Of a DNA stretch of 64,000 nucleotides, positions 52,700 through 64,000 are shown in pieces. The stretch lies in the NCBI GenBank assembly GCA_053919585.1, contig CM132787.1; one strand, written 5' to 3'. The notes under the pieces are model-generated. The model had not been told where the DNA came from, did not search any database, and saw nothing but the letters and a program-made list of their open reading frames with translations. Source of the DNA: Euprymna scolopes. Its lineage: Eukaryota. Each line of letters begins with the position of its first letter. The stretch's first letter is position 1. Both the position numbers and the translations under genes were made by a program.

Positions 52700-55210
52700 G
52701 CTATTATCTCTCTCCTCGACTGAACCTCGCAATTATCTCTCTCATAAGTATTTTGCATGTTCCGTAAGTCATTTGCTTCCTCCGTAAATCTTTCGCATCC
52801 TTTATGTGTCTCTCGCACCCTTCCCATGTCGCTCGCACTCTTCGGATGTTTCTTGCATCTTTCGTATCTCTCGGATCCTTTGTGTCTTTCGGATCCTTCG
52901 TGTCTCTCGAACTCTTTGTGTATCTCGAACCCTTCATATCTCTGTGTGTGTCTCTCTCTTTATAATGCCCCTCGCACCTTTCATATCTCTTGAACTTTTC
53001 ATACATTTCGCACTTAACATGTTCTTTGCTTTTTTTTTGCGTGTCTCTACTTTTGCGCATCTCTCGCTCTTTTCACCTCTTCTCCTCATTGCAAATCTTT
53101 TTTTTCTCCTGATGCCTTTCCTTCTCTTTGTGCTTTTCACTCTCTTTTTGCCTTTACCTCTCTTTGTGACTCTCTCTCTTTTTGTGACTCTCTCTCTTTT
53201 TGTGACTCCCTCTCGTTGTGCCTCTCTCTCTTTGTGCCATTATCGCTCTCTTTGTGCCATTCTCTCTCTGTTTGTGCCGTTCCCCCTCTGTTTGTGTCAT
53301 TCTCAATCTTTGTGCTTATCTCTATCTTTGTGCCTCTCTCTCTTTGTGCCTTTCTCTGTCTTTGTGCCATTCTCTCTCTTTATGTCACTCTCTCTCTCTT
53401 CATGCCCGCTTTCTTTATGCTCCTCTCTGTCGTCGTGCCTCTCTATCTTTGCACCTCCTCTCTCTCCCTTTATGCCTTCCTGTCTCTCCCTTGACGCCTC
53501 CCTCTCTCTCCCTTGACGCCTCCCTCTCTCTCCCTTTAAGCCTCCCTCTCTCTCTCTTTAAGCCTCCCTCTGTCTTCCTTTTATTCTCCATCTCACTCCC
53601 TTTTATCCTCCCTCTCTCTCCTTTTCCGCCCCCTCTCTCTGCCTTTACCCCTCTCGCTCCCTTTACGCCTCTCTCTCCCTTTATCCCCGTCTCTCTCTCT
53701 TTCTCTTTGCGCCACTCTCTTTCTCCCTTTACGCCCCCATCTCTCTCTTTTTCGCCACATCTCTCTCTTTTTCGCCACATCTCTCTCTTTTTACGCCCCT
53801 CTCTCTCTTTTGGCGCCCCTCTCTCTCTTTTGGCGCCCGTCTCTCTCTTTTGGCGCCCGTCTCTCTCTTTTGGCGCCCGTCTCTCTCTTTTGGCGCCCGT
53901 CTCTATCTTTTGGCGCCCGTCTCTCTCTTTTGGCGACCGTCTCTCTCTTTTGGCGTCCGACTCTCTCATTTTACACCCGCCTCTTCCTCTGTCTTTGCGC
54001 CCGTCTCTCTCTTTGTGCCCGTTTCTCTCTCTTTGTGCCCGTTTCTCTCTCTTTGTGCCCGTTTCTCTCTCTGTTTGCGCCCGTCTCTCTCTCTTTGCGC
54101 CCGTCTCTTGCTCTCTCCTTGCTCTCGTCTCTTGCTCTCTCTTTGCGCCCTTGTATCTTTCTCTTTGCGCCCTTGTATCTTTCTCTTTGCGCCCTTGTAT
54201 CTTTCTCTTTGCGCCCTTGTATCTTTCTCTTTGCGCCCTTGTATCTTTCTCTTAGCGCCCTTGTATCTTTCTCTTAGCGCCCTTGTATCTTTCTCTTAGC
54301 GCCCTTGTATCTTTCTCTTTGCGCCCTTGTATCTTTCTCTTTGCGCCCTTGTATCTTTCTCTTTGCGCCCTTGTATCTTTCTCTTAGCGCCCTTCTATCT
54401 TTCTCTTTGCGCCCTTCTATCTTTCTCTTTGCGCCCTTCTATCTTTCTCTTTGCGCCCTTCTATCTTTCTCTTTGTGCCCTTCTCTCTCTCTCTGTTTGC
54501 GCCCTTCTCTCTCTCTCTGTTTGCGCCCTTCTCTCTCTCTCTGTTTGCGCCCTTCTCTCTCTCTCTGTTTGCGCCCTTCTCTCTCTCTCTCTCTTTGCGC
54601 CCTTCTCTCTCTCTTTATTCCCTTCGCTCGCTATTTATGCCTTTCGCTCTCTCTCACTCTTTATGCGATTCTCTCTCTCACTCTTTACGCCCTTATCTCT
54701 CTCTCTTTACGTCCTGATCTCTCTGTATTTGCACCCTTCTCTCTCTGTCTTTGAACCCTTCTCTCTCTCTTTGCGCCCTTCTTTTTCTCTCTCTCCCTCT
54801 TTCTTTCCACCCCTCTCTCTCTTTGCGCATCTCTCTCTCTGTCTTTGCGCCTCTCTCGCTTTTTGCACTTCTCTCAGTCTTGGCAGCTATCTCGCTCTTT
54901 ACGCGTTTCTGTTGTTCTTTGCACGTCTCTCTCTCTCCTTTTTTTACTCCCATTTCTCTTTCTCTCTCTTTTCGCTCCTCTCTTTTTCTCTTTTTGTGCT
55001 CCCCTCTCTTTCTCTCTTTGTACCTCTCCCTTTCACTCTTTGCGCCTCCCCTCTTTCTCTCTTTACGCACATTTCTTTCTCCGTCTTTCCGCACCTTTCT
55101 CTCTATCTTTGCGCCACCTTCTCTCTAGTTTTGCGCCCCTTTCTTTCGCTCTTGGCGCCTCTCACTCTCTCTCTCTCTCTCTCTGAGCGTCTCTTGCTCT
55201 TTCCGACTCT
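52700..55210. repeat. Composite CT-rich satellite with successive ~18-, 20-, 22- and 24-bp units
   Basis: TCGGATCCTTTGTGTCTT (~52870-52930), CTCTCTCTTTTGGCGCCCGT (~53800-53960), CGCCCTTGTATCTTTCTCTTTG (~54145-54475) and GCGCCCTTCTCTCTCTCTCTGTTT (~54475-54600). Confidence 0.92.
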
Positions 55211-57869
55211 CTAGCACTATCCATTCATGTCTATCATCTTCTTTTCATTTAATTTAAGACCTACAAGCTCTCTGTTGTATTCTTGAATTAAAAAACAATT
55301 AGCTCGATTGTATACGATAGCACACAACCGTGTATATAATCTTCATTCCATTTCCTCGGGTTTGATCGAAAATTAAAATTTTTATGTCTTTACTTTATGT
55401 GTTAATGCCTTTTTACGAAACAATTTTAAATGTTTCAGTTCTTGCTCTTTTGTCTGTAAATAAGTTTAATTCTCTTTTACTGATGTCCGCATGATTGTCT
55501 AGCTGCCCATTTCAGTAAATCGAGTCTTTCTCCTTACACCATATCAATTGCACATTTATGACTACTGGCTTTCTAAGCTTTCAATGAAACTCTATGTATG
55601 GAATTATCCCCTTCAGCTAATACTTGAAAGTATCCAAGTACTGATAAATTTTGTCTGAGAAAAAAGGGTACATCAAATTATAAAGAGTCGGGCCAAGTAA
55701 ATCTATTTCGAGCATATTCATTTCTGCCTAAAGCCACTTGTCATGCACAGAAAAAAAGTTTCCATATTGGTCTTTCTGCACATTCGATGATCTACCAAAT
55801 AAAAATGTGCTCACCTCGTAGGCATCGTTTAAACACAGATTTTGATAATTAAATATGTTTACGTGGAATTTTCGAGATATGATTACGTTAATCTTCGGTT
55901 TCTTTGTTTCAACTGCGATAGCCCGTTTTATTTTTGTGAATATAAGCAAGTTTATATATGTGTATACAGGTGTTCATCATAATCTTTTTTTTTGTACAGA
56001 GCTAAGTTATAGAGATATTTCTTAAATTTCACGAACTGTTCGAAAAATGGACAGAATTCACCTCCAAATATTTATATTATAATATTCGACATCAAATTAT
56101 ATTGTCTCGAATTTCAATATTATTAACAGAAAGTTTGAGAATAAATTGAGGCATAGCACACCAATTTCAGAAATAGTTGTTATCGTATACTTTTATTGTA
56201 TTTTTATCTATATTATTTAGCAACAGTTAGGCAACATTTAATGAATTTATAGTTTTGATATCTTTTTAGTGGTAGCAAAAGTTAATAAAAATGTTCAACA
56301 TTACAAATCTGTGAAATAATAGATTACAATCAATTATTTTTTAAACTTTTACTTCTGTAAATGTCGCTATGGTATGAATTGCTTTATTTTTAAAACCTTT
56401 GTATTCAATTTTCTTTCCACCTTTCCTAAAAATTGTAAAGTATTTTCTTTCCCATTGATGTGTTGAATTGCCCGCCCATTTTTACACCAGTCCATGCAAG
56501 CTTGTAGGCATTGCATCTATTTTACTTGCGATGCTTATTGCCTCGTTTTCCATTACCTTCCGTATAAATTATGTATTCTCTTTCACCATTTGTCAGATAG
56601 TTTTCTTAATTACTTCCATCGATTTATTAATCGTCTATGAACTTTTCTTCCAAGAATTTCTCAATTGAAATGTTCTATTAATTACTATTAAGTGAATTGT
56701 TTTGGGCATTTCCACTGTTTCTATTTTATTTGTTATCATGTTCATTCCCTTATATTTTTGTTCTACCAATTACTCTTTCGTCTCCATAATTTTCAAAATA
56801 TCGTAGTTTTTGGCATATAACTGATTAGTTCTTTAAATTGCTACGAACTTACAGAAATGGTATTTTTAAGAAACCATATATATCTGTGAATCTTTAAGAA
56901 ATTTGTAAATATAGTCATACTTACACCAGATGAAACACACTAATTGTATTAGGATGGTTTTGCTCGAATGCATTTGATAGGTAAAATACAAGCACAATTT
57001 AATCTTTTATTACAAAGACTAATACAAATGTCATCTCGAATAAATTTCGATAATATGCAAGCTGAGGCGCAATGCGTAAAGATATGCAAATAATATAGTA
57101 TACTATTTCTCTTGGAAAATTAAAAACGATAGACAAAGATTGAATCATATGGAACTAAAATTCAATGAATCACTTTAACTCTTAACTAATATCCCAGAAA
57201 TCCAAGAACATTTAACAAACAATAAACGGAAATATGTTTTTCTATGTATAGCAGTGTTTAATAAAGTAAACTATTTACAATTAGTCGTGCAAATTATTAG
57301 GTTTATGAGTAAAATAAGTTTTAACTACGTAATAGGAATAATATTGTGGATTATGGAAAACAAATTGGATTGCGTCTATTTTACTAATTATTCATTTATA
57401 CGTATTTTAGGAATGCAACTCCATATTATGCGTACATATACTATTATCCTCCGTCAGATATATTTGGAATAATTTATAATAAGTTAAAAAATAAATCAAA
57501 GAAAAATATGTATGATAGTTTTCGGTTCGTAGATGTTTGTGATTGTTGTTTGGTAATATTTCCAGTCATCAAAGTAGCTATCTCTATTTTACATTCAGAT
57601 TGAATTTTGATTTCTATGCTAAAATTTAATGTATGCGTATATATTTTATAAACATAATGACATGAGAACTATAACGCGATCGCCCTATCTTACGGATTGG
57701 CTTTAAACCATTGTATGATCGCTATAAATATTCAAAGTTAATGAATGATTTAAACTATATTTTAAACTCTATTTTTTCTTATTCTTCGAACTAACACGTT
57801 GTTTGTTTACTTGGGGTTTGATTAAACAACCCTATTACTTGACACATTAACACATGAGGTACAATTCAT

Positions 57870-58140
57870 AACCCTATTAATTTTTGAGCAAGACTTAAAA
57901 CGGCCCCTTAATGACATACGCTGCATTATTCGAGCTTCTCTTTGCGAAGTTTTGCGGAGTCTGTCGGTTTTAAAAGCACTAACAATTTTGCAAGTATAAT
58001 TGTAGGAGTTAACAAACCTACCTACAACACTCTTGAAACGTTTCACTTTCTCTGAAATCTCCCTAATGGTATGCTTTTTCTTGGTGTAGCTTCACAATAG
58101 CTTGTCTCACAGAGAAATCAAGTTTTTAGCCTTTCTCCAT
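57870..58140 (-). mobile_element. Tc1-family transposase N-terminal (HTH) remnant
   Basis: MEKG*KLDFSVRQAIVKLHQEK/HTIREISEKVKRFKSVVGRFV...KTDRLRKTSQREARIMQRMS matches a Tc1 paired-like HTH with a GRPRKTS-like linker. It contains a stop and a frameshift. Confidence 0.75.
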
Positions 58141-58902
58141 GGTGGCGACTGATGTAAAGTTTACAAATGACTAAGTAAGTCTGTTTTTTAGAGGAAATCC
58201 GAAGTTTTGAATATAGCATGATGTTTACATTGTTTTTTCTCAATTTCCTGCCTTACATTTAGACGTTCCTGTTTTGAAAAAAAAATAATTGTAATATTGC
58301 TTTTTCTATCCTTTGCAAATGATTCAAATTTATATGTCATTGTGGATGATAACGACTACGAGCTGTCAAAATTCTAACTTTTCACAATTGTTATTTCTAA
58401 CAGATATAAGGTTTAAAATGATGCACCTTAATTTGGGACGTTACAGTACCTTACAACAAAGATGAAGTTGTCTTAATATGGAAGGAGCACTGGAAAAAAA
58501 AACATCTACCAAAGTTTTAAAGCAGACTGACATATAAACAATGTAATAGATAAATCATCACAAACAAATTTACATTGATTAGGCTACAATTAAATGTAAG
58601 CAATGGTAAATAAACTTTGTATAGTGATTAATAATTAAAATATACTAATGTAATGAAGTTTTATTAATCTCAAAGTCTATAATCTAAACATGGAATTGAT
58701 TTGAAATACAATTTCTACACATAGGTCCAGAAAAGCAGCCCCAAATATTTTAAAACTGAACTAAATAAGATATTGTAAAGTTTTCTCGAAAACTTTAAAC
58801 TCTTATATATGTTAATTTATAAAGTGTCCCACGTCCATTGTAAAAAATCTAATTCATATGTATACATACATGTATATATATATATATATACATGTATGTA
58901 TG

Positions 58903-58947
<45 letters not shown>

Positions 58948-60324
58948 ACAACTGTCTTATTTTTATTTAAAAATAATTTGAATTATGTAATTGTGGCTGG
59001 AACTTGTAGCATGTTTTGTGTGCTATCGGTAGATTTGCTAGTTGATAACCTTTGGCCATCGGAAACACGCGAGTTAAGTCAACGGATAAAAAAGGTGTCA
59101 TTTGGATTCAGCCTTTAAAAGGCGGACATCATGATGCATATCAGTAATCTACAGTCATCCTTAATACTCTTAGATTTTAGTAGAAATCAGCGTGATTAGT
59201 CTGTAGAAGTAGAAATGAGCGCAGAAAAATTCATGAAAATTCGGATGTCCAATGAGATTGTTCCAAGAGCTGGAATTTACATTTGCCATCCGAATATGAT
59301 GGTCTACATGAAAGTGAGTATCGAGCAAGCTATAGGCCAAAACAAATGCCGTAAAGTAAAAGTTCTCTGGGCAAAGGCAAGGGAGTCACCCTACCAAATC
59401 AATAATGTGCTTAACTATGCGCAGTCCTTCCAGAATCGCCTATTTCTTTACACGGAAGAGCACAAGACAGACAAGGTTTGTAGTCCGTTATAATTAAAAT
59501 TCATCTCAAACTGTAAGGTTTACAACCTATGTTTCAGTGATTTTATCAACATCATCGAAAATTGGGGTTAAATTGTGAAATTTTAACATGCATAGCAGCA
59601 GAATTCAAGCACGTCGAACCATTGGGGAAACAAAGAAATTTCAGTTCAAGTTTTCTCGAATATAGAACTTAAAATCTAACTAAAATTTGATTTTCAGAAA
59701 CCTATAGAATAACAGATGCGAGATCAAATTGTTATTAGGTGTGCACTTTGGATGCAGCGTTTGACATATTTAGGTGTTACTAGATGTTTTAAAGAAAAAA
59801 CTAGTATGCTAATATGAACTACACGTTAATATTTTTTAATAGAATATGAATTTAGATTGAGGTGAAATACATGGAAAACACAAAAGACAGATCGCTAAAT
59901 AAACGTCACCAATCTAATAAAGTATCTTCGACCATGAGGAGATATTGATTGATAGCAGAAAACAGGTCACTATTGGCATATACATTATTCGGATTTGACA
60001 GTTTCCGCTATGAACCCTTGGCTCAACTTAATGTGCCATTCAAAACATGGCGCCAACAATTGGGAAATTTAGAATTCCACACAGAATCGACAATGGCGAG
60101 ACTGGTAACGATGAAAGCACTCGTAACATTTACGCCACATCTGGACTGAAAACCGTTCTCCCCTAATTGGTTCGAAAATTCATTTTTTCTTAAAATACAT
60201 CATATATAGCGATATGAATATATATGGTATTATTATGACGTAATATGTTTTGCTTTCTCTTCTGAAATAAGTATTGTCATTCGAAAATCGAAATGTAAAC
60301 AGTAAGAGTCGAGTTGACTTGTCA

Positions 60325-60548
60325 GTGCCATATTGCCCTGGTTTTTATTCAAACCAGCCGAAAACGTTTTTAGTATGTACTAGTTATTTACTTAAGTGCG
60401 ACTGTCTGAATCTCATTTGCACATGGTTCACACGGGATATTAGTTAGGTAAAACGATTCCAGTTTCTTTTTTGTATCATACATGAGACCTTGATATTTGG
60501 TCTGTTTCTTCTTTTCAGCTCTGTTCAGACCTCCCTCACTAGGAACAC
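60325..60548 (-). mobile_element. Further 3' fragment of the R4/Dong-like family
   Basis: VPSEGGLNRAEKKKQTKYQGLMYD..YLTNIPCEPCANEIQTVALK is near-identical in type to the 8404-8805 ORF. Confidence 0.85.
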
Positions 60549-60699
60549 ATAACTCTCTTTTAGTGTTAATTTTCTTATCACTTTGTTTTTGCTGGGGATG
60601 GGCATTATACCAGATGTCAAACATTCTCCCATTAGTTTAGTTACTCCAACCGAGAGATATTTTTAAGATTCTAACCGTCATCCCCTCTTCTGATTGACG

Positions 60700-61100
60700 A
60701 GCCTTATTTTTAACCTATATCACTTCCGATTTGGCAATGCGCGCAATAGCAAAGACATCATTTTTTTTTCGTTTTTTTCTCCTTCGCAGTATGGGTTCGA
60801 GCCTGCCTGCCTTCTACCACTTTTCTTTGCTCTATATTTCCTTCAAACACCTGGGTAAAGCAGGTAACTCAGACTAATATATAATATAAATCTCACCTTT
60901 CTGTTTAAATGTATGTATGTATGTTTGTATGTCTGCCTAAATATTTTGAAAGAGGCTACGGATTTTCACGAGATCCGTATCGTTTTGAAGCTCGACCCTT
61001 CGGATGACAAATAACGAACAACTGGCTAATAGCATTAATTCCTTCACCATCCACTGGGCAGTTTCTACAGGGAGGGGTTGATTTTTTTTGGTTGATATTT
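60700..61100 (+). mobile_element. Helitron family B: 3' part of one copy (to ~60876) followed by the 5' part of the next
   Basis: GGTTCGAGCCTGCCTG..CCTGGGTAAAGCAGG-TAACTCAGA-CTAA, then ATAATATAAATCTCAC..GTATGTTTGTATGTCTGCCTAAA. Confidence 0.6.
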
Positions 61101-61228
61101 TCGAAAGTCATTGTCTCATGTCGATTAACTTGCCTTAATGTAAACATTCACCACTTCCGCTTTTTTCGAAAGTCATTGTCTCATGTCGATTAACTGGCCT
61201 TAATTTAAACATTCACCACTTCCGCTTT
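61098..61228. repeat. 65-bp tandem duplication
   Basis: TTTTCGAAAGTCATTGTCTCATGTCGATTAACT..TAAACATTCACCACTTCCGCTTT occurs at 61098 and 61163. Confidence 0.9.
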
Positions 61229-61249
61229 GGCGAGGACGCAACAGGATTG

Positions 61250-62046
61250 ACGTTATGCATAAGGTGTCTGCGAGATAGATTCCCAGGTGTCTCACACCAT
61301 TCCATAAGCGAGAACGCGTCGAGTGCTCGGGGATGAATTTGGAGATGTGCCAAGAAGATGAGAAAAAGTTTTCAAAAGACTGATTACATAGGATGACATC
61401 TGGGTCAATCACTATGATACAGAGACCAAATCCCAGTCAATGCATGGAAGCACTTTGACTCACCACCTCCAAAAAAGGCAAGGATGCAGCCCTCCATTGG
61501 CAACGTCATGCTAACAGTCTTCTGGGACCAGGACGGAGTAGTGATGACAGATTTCCTGGCAAATGGTACCACAATTACAGAAGACTATTATGCTTCACTT
61601 TTGACGAATTTAAGGGAAGCTATCAAAATCAAGAGGCGAGGAAAGATCAACAAAGTCCCCTCCTCAAGCAGGACAACGCTCCAGTCCACAACTCGCATGT
61701 CGCCAGATCAGAAGCACGGGCGTGTGGTTATGAAATCTTCTCCAACCCCCCTACTCTCCTGACCTTTCACCCTCTGACTTTAACCTCTTCCCAGCCATGA
61801 AGTTATTTTTGAAAGGAAAGCGTTTCCCAGATAATGCAGTCTTGATATCTGGAGTCACGTCGGGGTTGGGGAACCAACCTGGGGTGTTCTACTAAAACGG
61901 TCTCCAGAGACGCATCAAACGATGGGAGAAATGCATAACTCCGGGTGCTTCCTATGTAGAGGAAAAACTAATAACTGTGCCAAGTTTCGTTGCTCTAATA
62001 CTATGGGAAGTTGGTCAGGGGCATTACTTATTGCACGCCCCTCGTA
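61250..62046 (+). mobile_element. 5'-truncated mariner transposon (catalytic domain pseudogene) with 3' TIR and TA
   Basis: KVSAR*IPRCLT, IWVNHYDTETKSQS, VMLTVFWDQDGVV, QDNAPVH, SPDLSPSDFNLFPAMK and RWEKCI..GASYVE. Ends ...TTATTGCACGCCCCTCG|TA. Confidence 0.92.
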
Positions 62047-62330
62047 CGTGCTTATCACAGACAAACATGCTTAGCAACAGAAGTTCACCTCTGCATTGCT
62101 GAGATCCCTAAATACCAGAAAGCTTTCTATTCTGTTTCTTCCCTCGAACAGCTAGACATTGGAATTTCATTCTTGCTATCTGCTTCCTTGGCTGTATTTA
62201 TATGCAGAGATGTTAATGTAACCTAAACCAATATTTTGTTTATCTTTTTTTTTAGCATGGTCCTAAATGGTAACCCCCTACGTCTAGGAGGCGATATGCC
62301 TTGTTAAGTGTGAATGTGAGTAAAAAAAGT
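62047..62330 (+). mobile_element. CR1/L2-group LINE 3' remnant
   Basis: RQTCLA..EIPKYQKAFYS..RTARHWN, and a 3' UTR (GTAACCCCCTACGTCTAGGAGGCGATATGCCTTGTT) similar to 44640-44680. Confidence 0.7.
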
Positions 62331-62416
62331 GCGAGAGTAGTATTGTCTTATTTTCGGGAATGCCATGTTTTACATTTTACAAGTGAAATGTAAGTGCAAT
62401 ACTAAATAACGAACGC

Positions 62417-62486
<70 letters not shown>

Positions 62487-62682
62487 GATGACTACAAATA
62501 TATTTAAAAAAACCCTCTTTGGGTAGAGCACTGTCGTAAATAATCTCACCCGCTACTTAATTGGCTGAAAATGCGAAGCTCGTTGTTGGTTTGTTTACGA
62601 ACAAGCGATTTAAGCACTATAAAAAAGTGGTGGCGGGTGTCTATTTAAATAGATATTCCGACGAGTCATTTACGGGCGTCAA

Positions 62683-62751
62683 TTCCATGGTCGAGTTGGA
62701 GAACCGCCGACTGTCAACACGACGGTCCTAGGTTCAATCCTTGGCTTGGGA
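62683..62751 (+). other. tRNA-like module with Pol III A/B boxes
   Basis: A-box TGGTCGAGTTGG (62688-99), loop CT-GTC-AA, T-arm CCTAGG-TTCAAT-CCTTGG (loop one nt short), and closing stem TTCCA/TGGGA. Confidence 0.6.
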
Positions 62752-62758
62752 GAGATGC

Positions 62759-62815
62759 TAGTCTAGCGGCACTGATGAGTTGTGATACAACGAAACAGGA
62801 TTGTATGTCGCTGAC

Positions 62816-62817
<2 letters not shown>
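62759..62817 (+). ncRNA. Canonical type I hammerhead ribozyme
   Basis: Stem I TAGTC-(T)-AGCGGCA / TGTCGCT-GACTA (12 bp, one bulge), CTGATGA 62772-78, stem II GTTG-TGATA-CAAC, GAAA 62792-95, stem III ACA-GGAT-TGT, and a GUA cleavage site ending at 62805. All core positions match the consensus. Confidence 0.9.
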
Positions 62818-62878
<61 letters not shown>

Positions 62879-64000
62879 ATGTGTGTGTGTGATGATTATA
62901 CAGTAAGAATATTGATTATAATATTACAAAGTATGTCTAATTTGACCTCGAGGAAGATACATTATTTTTACTGATCATAAAACTTGAATATTATGTTTAT
63001 TATATATAAGTATATTTAATGCAACATAGCATAACAAGTTTAAAGTAACGTTACTCGGTGAGAACACACTACAGGATGCTCAATTTAAATGTATCTGGTA
63101 TATAAACAATGCCTGTCTTGAGGATCTCAGCAAAGTATACACAAACTTTGTGTGTACATATTCTAAAGAATCTCGATATTTGCAAACATGTAAGCTGTAT
63201 AAAAGTTTAAACCAGAGCGTGTAAACATCTGTATATCTATAGATTTGTGTTTTTGTGTATTTATAATCATATTAAACCCGCTTTTTTATTCATCTAAAAA
63301 AAAAACAAGTTTGTCATATATGGGTTGTGGAATTACTTTCATTTGCAACAGATCTACCTAATTTGCATATTCTTTAAAGCATTCGTTTTAATTAATTCCG
63401 TATTCATTTATCTGGGTTTCTTGTCCTATGAATTTTATGCGACACTTAATATTTGGGATTTAGCCGGGGAAAATCTGTGCAAAAATGTGAAAAAAAAAAA
63501 TGAAATGTGAATATCCTAAATCCTTACAGACTTTAGATTTGCTATGTGGATTATTAGGACCGCCAGTGGCACTTTCGATTTGGTTTTTAGCATGTCAAAA
63601 TAGCTGTTAAAAGTCAGGATTAATATAAAATATTTGATTTTGGCCCGAGTAAATCGACTAACGCATTAGTCCTCGTCCTTGTGCGTTTTTAGCTTAAAGT
63701 CGCTTAATTTTAACGCTTTTTTTTATCACTCTGGCGATAGTTAGAACGATTGCAACGAACGCTAAAGCGCGAAATATTAATAATGCTTGGACCGCTACAA
63801 TGTTTGGGGTTCGTTTCCAGCTAATGGTACTGAAGTCATTTTTTTTTTTTTTGGAGTTTTGAAATGATATTAACTCTAATAATACAACACTTTCTTGAAG
63901 CTTAATAGCATATCTTAGCATATTTTATACAACGCTAACGTCACGTGACCTGCTTGTGCACACATACATGATGATTGCAACCTCTTGTCAGACGAGTGCC

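Larger units (their letters stand above)
62484..62818 (+). mobile_element. Retrozyme-like unit (~323-nt period) with tRNA-like module and hammerhead, inserted in (TA)n
   Basis: Bracketed by TA runs at 62422-62483 and 62819-62862. Terminal redundancy GTCGATGACTA (62484-94) / GTCGCTGACTA (62807-17). Internal long-range pairings are visible. Confidence 0.65.

Noticed and set aside
52704-55214. S/L/F-rich and R/E/K-rich ORFs up to 345 aa
   Set aside because: Products of CT-rich satellite lacking stop codons.
56420-56850. Possible RTE-like LINE relics (also 14660-14900, 20170-20350) and a mariner 5' relic at 59200-59460
   Set aside because: Only faint motif traces; not enough to support a call by eye.
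59520-59568. Minus-strand TCGATGA..TTGAT-AAA-ATCAC..GAAACAT
   Set aside because: The core is altered and neither stem III nor stem I forms; too decayed to call.
63655-63720. TCCTCGT within a hairpin, resembling HDV-like ribozyme L3
   Set aside because: P3, the GG of P1.1 and J4/2 could not be assigned.

Overview
This is eukaryotic DNA, not prokaryotic: an AT-rich, repeat-saturated draft scaffold with five N gaps and many (TA)n/(TG)n microsatellites. It is probably from an invertebrate animal, which I infer from the repeat landscape. No intact protein-coding gene is recognisable, and nearly all long ORFs in the track are artefacts of tandem repeats or microsatellites. The window holds two large pyrimidine-rich minisatellite complexes (1-3400 and 47760-55210). 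It also holds decayed retroelements (R4/Dong-like RLE non-LTR, CR1/L2-group LINEs, a Ty3/gypsy 3' end), mariner and Tc1 remnants, several non-autonomous Helitron families often in head-to-tail tandem, and a few weak candidate exons. The most interesting signal is a set of four type I hammerhead ribozyme (HHR) motifs in small non-coding elements lying in or beside (TA)n tracts. Two are fused directly behind a tRNA-like Pol III head (40099-40223 and 62683-62817). One of these is canonical and lies in a ~323-nt unit whose 5' end repeats the sequence just after the cleavage site, a retrozyme-like architecture. The other two (28224-28285 on +, 36541-36603 on -) are diverged copies of one family with compensatory stem II changes. 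All structures were read by eye; no folding or database search was run.
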